DNA of 64,000 nucleotides from Phoronis australis (Eukaryota; Animalia; Phoronida). Position 1 is the first letter of the stretch. Each line of letters begins with the position of its first letter. This document shows positions 1 through 12,766 of the stretch, in pieces. The translations under genes were made by a program, and so were the position numbers. Where the stretch lies: assembly GCA_002633005.1 (NCBI GenBank), contig NMRA01000584.1, forward strand, positions 195,629 to 259,628. The letters run 5' to 3'. The notes under the pieces were generated by a model. The model saw nothing but the letters and a program-made list of their open reading frames with translations. It was not told the origin of the DNA and did no database searches.

Positions 1-549
1 CTGCCTTATTACAGTAAGTTCCGAAGTTAGCCAAATTTCGCTTCCAATGATTATGTAAAATATGAACAGTCCCTTGTGATGGAAGCAAGCATGCTTCCCT
101 GAACTTGTGTGTTGCAATCTGAAAGGGGGAATGGTGAATGTTATTTTCAGCAAATACTGTTAAGAGAGAGTTAGCTGCAAGCCTAAATACTCACACTGTA
201 TTGAGTTCTATTTCTGACTGGTTACCTTGTTTTGGTCTGGTTTTAGATATCAGGTTTCCGCTATAGATCCTGAATGTATTTTAAGAGAAAGTTGTGATTT
301 ATTTTTGGTGATGAGCGTGGGAATTAGCTGATGAATATGACGGATGATGCCAGGGTAGTTAGATTATTTCAACTAAAAAGCCTAGCAGTAAGTATTTCAA
401 GAGTAACTGTTCTCTAAGAGCTCCAATAACTTTATTCATTGCATAGCTGTAATGTAAACTGTATCATGAGGCCTAGATATAATAAACATTTCTGTTTGTA
501 TTTAATTGGGTAAAAATACAAATTTAATCATGTCCCTTTTACTCCACAG

Positions 550-634
550 GACCAAAAAACAGGCCGTCGTACCAATAACCAGGCACGTGATACGCGACCT
601 TGGTAGAGGGCAGCACACGATGAGTTCACTGTGA
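550..634 (+). CDS. Probable terminal coding exon of an upstream gene (identity and frame unresolved)
   Basis: Donor-like GTAAGT at 14-19. Pyrimidine tract tcccttttactccacag ends at 549. All three frames stop within 85 nt (TKKQAVVPITRHVIRDLGRGQHTMSSL*, DQKTGRRTNNQARDTRPW* or RPKNRPSYQ*). A T-rich UTR-like stretch follows, with AATAAA at 1290-1295. Confidence 0.45.
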
Positions 635-2096
635 TCTGAGTTCATAAGTCCGCAAGAATCAGGGCGGGCTGCTATCGGTTTCTTTTGTATTATAATTTAA
701 CACTGGCCCAAACACCGCATATAAGCAAGTCATTGTTCATGAAGTCCCTGTGTGGAGATTGTCTCTGAGTGTGGAAGCCTTGTACGAGTGATGACTTACC
801 TGAATGAGACAGAGAGAATATTGCTGCATCTGTTTATTATTAGAAATTTGTTTATTCATTTAAATGAATGTTTTGATATGAAATGGTGCTTGAAGTGGAG
901 TGGGGGATGTTCACTGATCACTGTCTACCTTTCTTTAGGCTCCTCTGAAATGAGCATTTTTGTACAGAAATGTTTGTTTGATCAATTGCATTATAGGTGT
1001 ATATAGTAGGTAAGCACTGCAATTGAAGAGTAATTTAATTTACAAATAATTGCATCGTTTCTGGTATCCATTTTGTTGTTCGTATTAAGTTTGAAGTGAG
1101 TTTATATTTAGTGCAGTGTGCATCCTGTTAGTTTTTCTCTATTAACAAATAGCAACACAAATTATGAGAAACCGTTTCCCTACATTCCCAGTAATCTGAA
1201 CATTTTCAATTAGAAAGGTTATCATCTTACCTGGCCTTAACATGTCATTAATTGAACTTCACCTGTTTGCATTTTTATCTTGGTTCTTTAATAAATTTTG
1301 GATTGGAGATGTGTTTACTGACTTCACTGATGTTATGCTATTGACTGCTCAGGCTAGTTACACCTGTACAGTGTAGTTGAAGCATGTTGCAAAGAACCTG
1401 GTCTGTTTCGTAGACCCAAGGCAATAGTTGTGCGCTTGCGGGAAGAAATATATATATATGAATTCTATCATACATTACATGGATTTCTACATCTGGTACT
1501 GAACCTCCTCACTATTTTGCACCTGAAGCTTCTGGACCTGACTTAAAACTGCTCAGCAATAATCATTCATACTGTGTTCACAGGCAAAAATAGTTATATT
1601 AATGGATAGTTGCATGTAGTGCAATAAACTGACTGAATCTGACTCTAGGCATCCACTGCAGGATGTAGCCTTCCTACAATGCCTTCCAATTTGTTCTGTC
1701 TCTTGCTGCTCTCCTCCATGTTGTGCCTCTCGTCATACTTGGTATGAAACGCTTTTTGAAAAATTACACATTTTCACAAATTAATGATCTCATATAAATG
1801 TGTTGAATACAAAAAGTAATGGCTGCCAAAACTTGTGTTCAAATCTCCCAAGTCAGTTCGGCTATTGCTGGGTTCAAAGCACCTCAAAATTAAGTTAACT
1901 TCAGCTGCTTGACTGATAAGAGGGTCAAATATCTTCACTTAGAGTGCTACAAGCAACACAAAGATACAAGCTGTCTGGACTTGCTGGACGTACAAGTCGA
2001 TACAAGGGGTATTCAATGTAATTAACAAATTTATGCCGTGCATAATTCAACATTCCGGTCTCGCCAAAAACTTGAACTCATTGCCGCCATTTTGTA

Positions 2097-2350
2097 ATGC
2101 ACCCACCTGTGTGTGGACACATTTTGCCGTCACCCCATTCGCTGTATCTCCAAAACTGACGTATGCTCATGAAATTTTCATTAATGGGATGGCATGATCG
2201 AGCTTTTGGTCGGATCCTACTACCGGTGTGCCCCCTAGAGGGCCCACTCCGCCATCTTGTCATTCGCCGCAATAGCGGTCGAAATTTCGTCAAAAGCTCT
2301 CGGCAAGCCTTTGGGATTTTAACGAAATTTCCAAGAGGTTTTCCTCATGT
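2097..2350 (+). mobile_element. 5' fragment of HINE family A (Helentron-associated non-autonomous element)
   Basis: ATGCACCCAC...GTGGACACAT head and cggatcctactaccggtgtgcccctag body match the full copy at 3635-5038. Confidence 0.6.
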
Positions 2351-3344
2351 CATAAACAGTGAGACTCGTCAGGATTCTCTATTTCTGGAACCTTAAGAAA
2401 CGTAAAAATGACACTAGTTCAGGTGTTTTCGTGGATGAATTTTTGCAATTTATTGCCCTGCAAAAGGCGCCCTTCCCCATTATTCTCGTTGCTGCTACGG
2501 GTGACGCCGTGCGCAGTGTCAAAAATGGGGAGTTTCCGATTGTGGAAGGGAACGAAGGACTCCTCGAAGAAAAAGTTCGATAAAGGGAATAATTGTTTTA
2601 GTTGGGACATCGACGACCTCCTAAGTTGTCCCTCGATCTGTGCGCAAAACGTGTTTTAGTCAGTGTGTGGCATAATTTGCCGAAAAACTTCCGGCGTACA
2701 TGTAGGAAGCACCCGCCCTGTCAAAGTCATGTCAACTAGAGACAGTGGTCACTGTCTAGTGTTGTTACAGATAGGCTGTGTGGCAAGATGCTTTTCACGC
2801 GTTCACTGTTAGAAACTTGAGATACGTAGGCTTTGTTCATTGTATGAGGAGTAATTTGCTTTTCAGGCAGACCTGGATGTTTTGCAAGACAGCTTGCGCT
2901 GGAGTCACTGTTTTATTTTCCTAGTACCACCCAGGCCGGAACCTTTTCTTCGGTTATTGCAACTCACCAGAGACACCACTGAGTAACCCGAGTATGGATT
3001 GAACCGTTCTGGTCATATTTAAAATAATGTTTTGCCACACCGAAGGAAGAACTACAGTTGTATAGGAACACTGTTTGGTGTATGCTGATTAAGTCACTTT
3101 GTCACACTTTCCCCGTGTGTGGGTGGGAGCAGGTTGTCACCGACTGGTGCTAATAGCTTTCGGTGCGACGATAGGCTGAAGGCTGGTTCGACTGAGTTAA
3201 TCACTTAATTACATGTAATCTCGACCGTACTTTCATAAGCCTACTCAAACAAAACGTCCGACGTAATGTCATCTATGCTCCAGCCAGTGCTGCGAAGCCT
3301 TGATTTGTGATGAACTTCTGAGACACTTTCTGCAATTAACTGTT

Positions 3345-5290
3345 ACATTACGGCGTTTTCCCGTTGCTCCCAACTTGTTCTATTCTATAGCCCAACAAGA
3401 AGTTGGGAAGATGGCCAATGTAGCCTATATCTTTCACGACTGATTAACTCCATTCTGGAATTTATGTTTGGAGGGCCATCTCTCTTTTGTTCGATAACTG
3501 CTTTAATCTCCAATAAGATCGTATCTAGCCTGCAAGACTGGGTTGTGCTGTTAAAAATCAAAGTTAAGTTATAACATATTTGAACAAAAACCAATAGCAT
3601 GTCTGAATTCCTCGTCCGATCATGTTTAATTTTTATGCGCCCACATATTTATATGTGGACACATTATGCCGTCATCTCTGTCCGTCCGGGCGGCGTCCGT
3701 CCTGCGTCCGCTGCTTTATCTCCAAAACCCTGTGACATACGTTCATGAAATTTGGCACATATGTTCCATTCATGAATGGGACGGCATGGGCGAACTTTCG
3801 GAGGGATCCGACTACCGGTGTGCCCCCTAGTGGCAATTTTATTTTATTTGTACGTTTACCTTTGTATCTTCAAAAGTCGTTAACGGATTTTCATGAAATT
3901 TAACATGTAGGCACCCCTCTATCTACCAAACCGCTCAAAGGATGATTGTGAAAATTGGCGTGTATGTGCTTACTATAAGGAAGACAGCTGACAATGATTT
4001 TCAGACGATTTGGACTACTGTGGCGCCTCCTAGTGGCAGTTTTGTTTGTTTTTTTTTTGCGCCTATGGCTGTATCTCCTAAACCGTTCGCAGGATCTTTA
4101 CGAAATTTAATAAGTGTATTTATATTATGTTAACAACAGACGATGACGAATTTTGGACGGATCCGCCTACCAGTGTGCCCCCTAGTGGCAATTTTATTTT
4201 TTTACGTTTACCTCTGTATCTTCACAAGTCCTTAACGGATTTTCATTAAATTTGCTATGTAGGCACCTACATGTATTAGTGCGATGACGCTATCCTCCCG
4301 TTTTCGGATGGATTCGACGTAGTTTGCGACACGCACTGGCCATTTTTACTGTTTTTGAGTCTGTTTTTTGGCGTCCACCCCTCTGTCAACCAAACCGCTA
4401 TAAGTATGATTGTGAAAATTGGCATGTATGTTCTTACTATGAAGGGGACGTTTGACGCTGAATTTCCCATGACTTTGATTACTGTGGCGCCTCCTAGTGG
4501 CAGTTTTTTTTGCGCCCATGGCTGTATCTCCAAAACCGTATCTTTACTAAATGTAGCAAGTGTATCTATGTGATGTTGACAACGGACGATGACGACTTTA
4601 GGATGATTCTGACTACCGGTATGCCTCTAGTGGCAATTTTAGTATTATACATTGACCTCTGTATTTTCATAGGTCTTCAGGTGTATACTTTGTCAGTGTT
4701 ACTTCGTGACTATGAAGGAAAAGTTCCAAGTAGAAATTTGTTTCTGGCATTCTAATGCTGTGCTAATCTCGTATGTTGGTAAATTTGTTTTTAATTCTAT
4801 GTTTCTGTGGTGCTTTAAGCAACTGGTGTATAGGATGTGCTTGTATTATGAAGATCACTCACATTTTGCCACTAGCCTGTTGAGGAGACAATGACCATGC
4901 CTTTCCATTTTGCAAAGTACAACATACTACATATATGACCTCTACTGGCCACTTTATGATATCAATAAACAACCCTAGAAGGATACCGTATGCTGTGCAT
5001 TTGTGGGCGCATTTCAACGCTCTGCGTTGCTCTTGTTTAATCGCCAAAATCGCCCATCTACAGCCGAATTGTTACGACAATCTTCTTTCTGAAAACGCCC
5101 TAATGTACCGGTACGTGGGTTTGACTGTTCACACCTTTCTGTAATGAGCGGGGTAGATAATTGGCCTGCCTGTTGTCAAACCACACACAAGACTGTGCTT
5201 GGCAGTTAGCAAAGGAGCTAAATGTTATCACACGCTCACAACCGCTCTGTGTCTGGTTAAGTCACTGAACGAGAGAACGCCGCCACTACG
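3345..5290. mobile_element. Interspersed repeat family R, split by the HINE insertion at 3635-5038
   Basis: 3345-3634 and 5039-5290 align by eye with 53418-53680 and 53790-54180, where the sequence across the junction is uninterrupted (gatcatgtttagtttttgaatcgccaaaatcg). Confidence 0.7.
3635..5038 (+). mobile_element. Complete HINE family A element (DINE-1/pearl-like)
   Basis: 5' subTIR ATGCGCCCAC (3635-3644) follows a T-run. Internal inverted copy GTGGACACAT at 3655-3664, a TCCG microsatellite, then degenerate internal tandem repeats. 3' subTIR GTGGGCGCAT at 5003-5012, hairpin CAACGC-tct-GCGTTG, end CTTGTTT. No TSD. Confidence 0.85.
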
Positions 5291-5304
5291 CGGTAAACTC
5301 GCTG

Positions 5305-5751
5305 ATTTAATAACCCGTTGTCTTTGTAGCTGGCTGTCTATTGACTATCGCTGTAAGTTTCTGACTCTCTTCAGTGCAACTCTGTGATTTTCTTTCAAAT
5401 TTTAACTCCTTAACTCTGACTGCCCCAAACCCGCACCTGTATAATTGTAGTTTCATGCAGTGTTCTGGAACGTTCACCAATTCAAGCACATTCTAAAACT
5501 TTCCGAAATCTACCCAATCCTTTTACCAACTTGACATATACTAGGCGCTAGAATGTTCCAGATTCCAGATTACATTAATCACTTACATGCTAGAGTCTTC
5601 TAGAATGTTCCACACTAGTCTTTGGTAAACTAATTATAAATCATCACTGTATTGACCTCAGGGGTCTTGCCAATCAACAACTATCTGCTAGAACACAAAC
5701 AGAACAATAGAACAAAATAAAACTACGAGTAGTGTCAATCCACTCCTGACA
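5305..5751 (-). repeat. Probable 3' LTR (truncated) of the Gypsy element
   Basis: On the - strand it starts TGTCAGGAG right after a PPT-like stretch (tctctttagtagaggtgtg) that follows the RNase H end. It contains repeated gaacattctag motifs. Confidence 0.55.
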
Positions 5752-5859
5752 ACACACACACCTCTACTAAAGAGAAAATAGCTATAATTTTCTAACACAT
5801 AATCATCTGGCACAGAATCTGCTTCTGTGTCCTTCTCTAAAGTGCTCCCTGACTTGCAG

Positions 5860-7170
5860 GCTCTGCTAGTTGTCTTAAGTAGTCTACACCGACCTAAGAT
5901 TCCCCTCGACATGGAATGTATAATTCTGCAGCGCGCTATTGCCCAACGCATAACTCTGGGGCTTTCAATCTTACAAGGCTGAATATTGGCTTGTGGTCTG
6001 TCTGCACCACGAATTCCTTCCCGTAGAGATAAAATTGGAAACGCTAAACGAGAAACACTATCGCCAAACACTCCTTCTCTTCTGTGAACGGTAATGCCGC
6101 CCGCTCAAGCTTCCGGCTGGCGTTCGCAATAGGGATTATCCCATCGTCAAACTCTGGTAGTATGACTACCCCTAAGCCATCGTTTGATCCGTCCTGACGA
6201 TGAATCTCTGGGTGAAATCTGGTACTCGTAGGATTGGACAAGTGCTAATATCGGTTCACACGACTTTCTTTGGCTGGCCCTTCTTCAGAAAATCAGTCAA
6301 CGGTGTGACTATCCGTATAGTTTGGCACAAACGTTCGGTAGTAGTCAGCCATAGGAATGACCGTGCTTAAGTCGTGGTAGATGGCGTTGGGTGCATCCTG
6401 GATCTTCATTAGTTTTTTATCGTCCATAGCTAACTGGTTCGTCCCAACCTGATGCCCAAGGAACTCCACCTCTTGATATCCAATGCTGCACGTCGATGGT
6501 TTTACTGTAAAGCCTGTTTGTTTTACTCTCTGAAACAAGTCTCCGACTGTACGGACACATCATCCTATTGAACGTGGCCGTTGAGTTCACCAAACCAAGT
6601 GCATTTTGCGGAACTGGTAATAGCCTCCTGGAGTCACAAATGCTGTTTTCTCTTTGCTGGCCTCATACATGGGAATTTGCTAGAAGCCCTTCGTGAAGTC
6701 AATCTTCGAGACAAAACGTTGATCATGCAGAATCGCCATAATAGCTTCAGGGTTTACCCATGGACTCGTCAAATTTGGTCACCAACACTACAGGAGAGCT
6801 GTAAGCTGAAATGGATGGTTCAGTGATGATCATATTCAACATCACCTGCACTTCTTTTTTCACTAGGTCCTCAGCTGTGGTGTAGGGCATCTGACGTGGT
6901 CTCACTCTCACAGGTTGTTCTGTCGTCAACTCGATGACGTGGCTGGCCAAATCGGTCTCTCCAGGCTGATTAGTGAAGATACCACGGTAATCATGTAGGA
7001 GTTGTAGTGCCTGTTCGCGGCATTCTGACGACATGGAATCACACAGCTTAACCTCCTTGGAGGTTTCCCTGTGAACCTGGAGCCGAAGCTTTAAACCGCC
7101 TCTATTAAGAAGAGTCGCTTCGTCAGTCTCACACTCTTTAATTAACACCGCGCAGATCACTTCATCCATA
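5860..7170 (-). mobile_element. Decayed Gypsy (Gmr1-like) LTR retrotransposon pol, RT and RNase H remnants
   Basis: RT motifs: FTNQPGETDLASHVIEL, YSSPVVLV, KTAFVTPGGYYQF, FGLVNSTATFNRM, GFTVKPSTC..EVEFLGH, YYRTFVPNY. RNase H motifs: GLGVVI..PIANASRKL..EKECLAIV, RVMRWAIA. There are frameshifts and stops, and the YxDD segment appears deleted. Confidence 0.88.
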
Positions 7171-7259
7171 ATCTGAATCTATCGGCACCGGTGTTTTTTC
7201 CCACAGTTGCAAAACAGTTTGTGAATAGCTCTGATATTCAAAGTCAAGACGTTCTTGCT

Positions 7260-8070
7260 ACCTTTAAGCAACTGGCTTCTTTACTATAGCGTTGCCAAAT
7301 ACCGAGGTCCCCACATTATGCGGAGACGTCCTGGCGTACCAAGCTTTCATAATGTTGTTTGAAGCTCTCATAGCAAGCATAGTAACTTCTTGTTCTCACC
7401 TGCTCTTTTACTTGGACCAGCACTTGACAGCTGAACCCGAAGATCTTATCGATGGTTGTTTATGTAAGGAATCTTACACAGGGTATGCCACTGCTAGGCA
7501 ACTACTTCAGTCAGAGTATGGTGACCATTATCGCGTAGCTGCTGCGTACACTGAACGGCGTAGAACTTGGCCCACAATAAAACAAGACTATGGGCAAGGC
7601 TTTAAACGGCTGTGCTGTTTCCTACAAAAATGCCGCCATGCCATGAAAGGTAAACCGCACTTAAAGGTTTTGGATCATCCTCAAAAAATACAGACAGTCG
7701 TAATACACTAGATATGCACGACAAATGGGGAGACAGGGTAGCTGCGTTGCGGACCTCATGTACTGTTCCAACTTTCAGCGATTTGGTGGTGTTCATTCAA
7801 CGTAGGTCGCAATGGACGAGGCACACATACAGAGAACCACCCAAAGAAGACAGCCGTGGAGAAAAAACAACGAGCATCTTTGTTACGAAATCCGACGTGA
7901 GTTCTAATCTCTCGTGGTTGCTCTCTCTGCAGACAGTCTCATAGCCTTGAGGATTGCAAGACATTGCTTCAGAAGTCACTATTAGAGAGAAAGAATTTCG
8001 TGAAGGATCAGAATTTGTGCTATAGATACCTTGGCAGACTCAAAGACAAATGCGCCATGCTATGAACAGT
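7260..8070 (+). mobile_element. Decayed BEL/Pao LTR retrotransposon gag fragment (DUF1759-type)
   Basis: LPNTEVPTLCGDVLAYQAF...LFYLDQHL..EPEDLIDGCL...GYATARQLLQSEYGD matches the Pao gag pattern. A stop and degenerate zinc-knuckle-like sequence follow. Confidence 0.8.
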
Positions 8071-8140
8071 CCCACTAAATAAGATTGGTCCTAACCCCGC
8101 TCGTCAAGGTAAGGCGGTGGGGTATGGAAAATTGAACTAG

Positions 8141-9752
8141 ACCGCCGTATTTATCCACCTTGGCCGAGTCGCGCTCGGCTCACGATCAAAGGGATGCCGC
8201 CAAGCTGCTCTGTTCATCGAGTCACGAATGAGGATAATTGGCTTCGCTCATGCGGATATGATCAGCTAATTACATTCTACCTAGCAGACTGTACTTTTTA
8301 TGGAGAGAGTTACAAGTAATTTTTACTGTAATATTTGAAAAGAGGAGCGAAAACAAATATGAGTACAACTTTGAATTTTTCAAATCGGCCCAGGATAAGA
8401 GATTTTGCGGCAACACAGCAACACTCACGATTACTTTCAATCGGCGCACGAATACAAAAATATAGGACCCAAGTTATTTAAATTTTGGAACACATGCATT
8501 ACAATATTCAAAATACGTTTATTATGAATCTTACAAGCTGTAAAACGACGTTGTTTAATTTCATTGTGCTCATTCATTGTCATCCGTCAAATCGGCAATT
8601 TCCGAGATGTGATCTGCGGCATGCACGTAAGTGTACAAAACACGTGATTGTTATGTTCCTGAAGTACGAAAATTAAGAAACTTTAGCATGCCGTTATTAT
8701 TGACAGGGACACGATAAAACGAATTTGGATTTTGACTATAGTCTTGATACAGCGAGCTGGCTGACCACTGCGTCAGTGTCTCCGTTAGACCCAGAAATTT
8801 CACACAGCCCGGGTAGTTCACTTCGTCCCCAACATGTAGATAGAGCCTTGGACTATAAATACTCCACGGTAGAGCTAACGACCGTCGGCATGTGCATACA
8901 AAATCTGTGAGTTAACCAGCACTCACCTCGCACGTTGCAGCCGTTTAAATGAAAAAACAATCTAGTAAACGCCATTTTCCTGCATAATCCTCCGCGTTTT
9001 GTAACAAAAAAGTCTATCGTCGATGACCCACACACGCACGCTCCTGCACTCACGCTCATAAGCAGACGAACTTCAAAACAAACGTCACGTGACAACAACA
9101 TGTGTGTTCATCCAGAGATTTTTCTCGTGTTGTGGGGTACGATGTAGGGCAGATTTGCACTTAATCGCAATTAATCTGGACTCCACATGAACTTAACATC
9201 AGGAAGATTTCAGGTAATTTGTTGAGTCGAAACTATATTTTTATTCAAGAGTTCAAGTTTTCCTATTGACGATGGCGATTCAGCGACGCATCAGTCGGCA
9301 AGTTTTCGCCCTGTGATGAGCACAATTTTTTGAAAAATTATCGTAATTTAACAACGGAAGTTCATAGCAATGCACCACAATTTTGTAGAAAGACTGTCAT
9401 AGGCTAAAAATACGTCACAGAGCGTAAATTTTATGAATCCTAGCTACCGATTTTACCCGTTTGGGAAACCGGCTTTCAACTGCCGTAGACTACAATAAGA
9501 ATCCCCTCTCTGTGAAATGAATTTTTCTGAGCGTTTATTAGAGCCAATACAGTATTCAGCTTTCCACCAAGGCTAGGTGATGCTTCGGCATTAGTCTTTG
9601 TTGCATTAGTAACTGGTCTTGGCTAATTATCATTTTATGGCCTGGTCATCCATTCAGCCAAAAGTAGTTCTAGAGGTGGCTTATCAGCCAATTATTCACG
9701 CATGCTGACTCACAATAGAAGCCTGATAAGAGTGAAGGTGGATAAATGCGGT
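8141..9752. mobile_element. Possible TIR-bounded non-autonomous DNA element or nested remnants
   Basis: accgccgtatttatccacctt at 8141 and aaggtggataaatgcggt at 9735-9752 are near-perfect inverted repeats. No TSD is clear. Confidence 0.35.
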
Positions 9753-10619
9753 GTTCCTACAGTTTCTTGTGCTAGTGGAAGTGTTCACGACATCGTGTTT
9801 TCTTTGCTTGTGCGGTATGCGGGGAGTTGAGGATACAGCTTTTGCAGACCTCTCGAACAATACCCAGTGCTTACAAAAATATTCTGATATACATGTACCT
9901 CAAATGTATCGTACTCATGCTCAGCTTACCGCCCACATCCGAAATTTTCAATGTTTTATTTTTATAAGCGCCCATTTGCTCGGCTTACCTCCCACCCCCA
10001 ATTCTTCATGATCGAGACTTCCATAAAAGCGTGCTTTTGTGAAAATTCGTCGCACAAAACTAAGATTCCAAAACGTGCGCAACTCGATTACCTTTCAGTG
10101 ACGCAGTTTTAGCGAAACCGGGAACTTGCCATATTATGGCGGTAAAATGCCCGTATTCTTATGCTCTTTACTGAAGGAGACACAATTGTTTCCTTTGGCA
10201 CTGAGACGGCGCTTGTCAAATGCATTTCATTGCCGTGGAAGAACCAACAAAGCGGTACTTGAAAGAAATTTCAAGCCCGAGGCCTACCTTTTTATGATTG
10301 CCCGTCACAGTACACGAAACATCACCAACCTGATCCGCAATGACAAATGGTACCCAGTCACATTGTTTTGAATAATAAAGCAGGTAAGAGCCATTGTGAC
10401 AAGCAACTTGTCTCGCTGTTCCCTGTCTTGGTTAAAGACATGTTTTTAATGACTCACTCCTGAAATCAAAATGGAAGCGCCCAATTAAAAGCAAAAGCGC
10501 AAGAAATCAACTTGTTATTAAGGAGGAGCAAATCTTTACAAAATCACATGCTTCCCTTAGAAATACATGGCAAACTAGCGGCGACTTGCGTGATCTTGCT
10601 TTTCTCTCAAGAAACTATA

Positions 10620-12490
10620 TCTATTTATTTCAACATTTAATGCCTTGGCCCACATGTTACATAAAAGTTACAGGATAACGCTGAGAAGCCTTTCCCTGAG
10701 GGCAGTGGCGTGAAATAAAAATTTCATTAGATTAATCTGAGCAATGGGCTCAGACATTTTCATTAGCTTTACAAATTTATGTTTATTTGGTTCACGCCAG
10801 CACCACTCGGGTATAAATGCAGTTCTCAGAGAACAATACTTTTTACAAACATGAAATAGTATTCATCTTCAATTAGGGACACACATGGTATTTTTGGTCC
10901 ACGAGAGCATGTCAACCTTTCTCTATCATCAAGTTGTGGTTAGAGCAACGTAATTTAGCCATAGCTACTAAAAAGATATACAGAATATCGCGCAACCGAT
11001 AAGATTCCTTTTCAAAATCAATTTTAAATGAGGAATATGTATTAAGTTTTGAGCTATTCTCCACAGCAAAGATCCAGTCTTGTAAAAACCAATCTTTAAT
11101 TTGCTGCTCAAAAATGACAAGAAAAGATGCTTCGCAGCCAACTCCCTGATTGCCACCCCCATACCAATCCAAAACCATTAAGTTTGCGGCAAATTCCTAA
11201 CAGATGAAGCCCAATTTTTCTTACTAGCCTCATCCAATGCGACAAGCTTGTCATATACAGATTTTGGATTTCGATGTGCTGGTATTTTTAACAATTTAAA
11301 CCAATACTTCATCAGTTTAACAAAGAACTTTACATAAATTGGATACATGCCCAGTTCTCCCAGGACAGCATGATTTGGACAGTTACTTCGAACACCCAAC
11401 AGCTGCTTATTGAATTTCAATTGGACGCGCTAAATACTAGAATAATCTCACTGCCATAGCTAATGATTGTGTATACCATTTTATCAAAAATCTCGTGTGC
11501 AATTTTCGGTGAAAGTCGTCCACAGTTTGACTGAAAACGTTTAATTGAAAAAATTGGTTTTTGTGGCTGGTGAGTCAAAGTTTCCGTAGCTTGCGTCCCG
11601 ACTAACTTTGGAGTAAGGTACTTACTTATATGATGAGACAACATCAATTTTGTTATTTTCAAAATGCCATTTTTCGTATTTTCTCAATGGTACGCCTTTT
11701 CTAAATACCATTATTTATATTTTTGTTTTTGTAAGGCTGACTTTCATACCCCAATCCTGACATTATTCATGCAGAACGTTAATTTGCTGCTGTAGTTTAA
11801 ATGCTGTTTCTGCACTATCAACCATGTCATCAGCGTATAGCAACATATAAATTTGAGGTACATTCTTGTTTACGTAAATTCCTCTATTTAAAGATTCTCT
11901 TAAGTAATCAACAAACTCGTTCAAATACATACTAAATAAAAAAGGACTAAGCATACACCCTTGGCGAGTACCAATATTATTACTGAAAAAGTCAGTTAAC
12001 CCACGCTCAGTTCTTACACACGCTCTTAGCTTTGAATACATACTTTTCATCAATTTTATTCAAACGCTACCATGAATTCTTATTTTTTGTAGCCTAGTCC
12101 ACAAAAATTTACGTGAAATACTGTCAAAGGCCCGAGAAAAAACCACGTAAGTAGCATAAAGTCTGCCCCTGCGCTTACTCAATTATGAGCAATTCCTTGT
12201 AAAGTAAAATTTGGTCTATTGTACTATTTCTAAAACCAGCCTGAGCTTCGTTAACTAAATCGTTATCGTTGGCTCAACGTGTTAAACGAGCGTTTATAAG
12301 TTTCGTAAAAATTTTCTCGAGAACAGGCAGAAGTGAAATGCCCAGGTAATTATTTAGGTCATTGACGTCCCCTTGCTTATGCAATGGACAAATTATAGCG
12401 CCACACGAGGACTGAGGAAATTCCCCTTCTCATTGAGCACTATTAAAAATGTTTGTCAAAACAGGTGTTATATAATCTTTGGTGGATTTA
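10620..12490 (-). mobile_element. 5'-truncated, decayed non-LTR retrotransposon (LINE; RTE-X/CR1-type RT)
   Basis: GTRQGCMLSPFLFSMYLNE, MLLYADDMV, NHAVLGELGMYP and MAKLRCSNHNLMIEKG occur in successive frameshifted ORFs. A C-terminal Cys/His motif lies near 10860-10890, and AATAAA lies at the 3' end (about 10624-10629 on -). Confidence 0.9.
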
Positions 12491-12649
12491 AAGAGTATAA
12501 CAAAATTATTTTTTTTTCTAAATGGATGTAAAGAAATCGACCCAAATGAAAAGAAGGTTACTTATTCGAAATAGTATCAAAATTTCTTTTTACTATTAAG
12601 TCTCTTTGTGTGAGTCGATATACACAAAACGTACCGAGAGTGGTAAGGG

Positions 12650-12766
12650 CAGTAAGCGACACCCCACCTGCCTTCACGGCCACCCATACGAATCCCATGC
12701 AGACAAAGAGGCAAGCGACACATCACCTGCCTTCACGGCCACCCATACGAATCCGCAGACAAAGAG
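12650..12766. repeat. Two-copy tandem duplication (about 60 bp)
   Basis: cacctgccttcacggccacccatacgaatcc..gcagacaaagag occurs twice. Confidence 0.8.

Noticed and set aside
2359-2659. Short overlapping ORFs in a CpG-richer patch
   Set aside because: No recognisable protein motif or exon boundaries; more likely repeat-derived.
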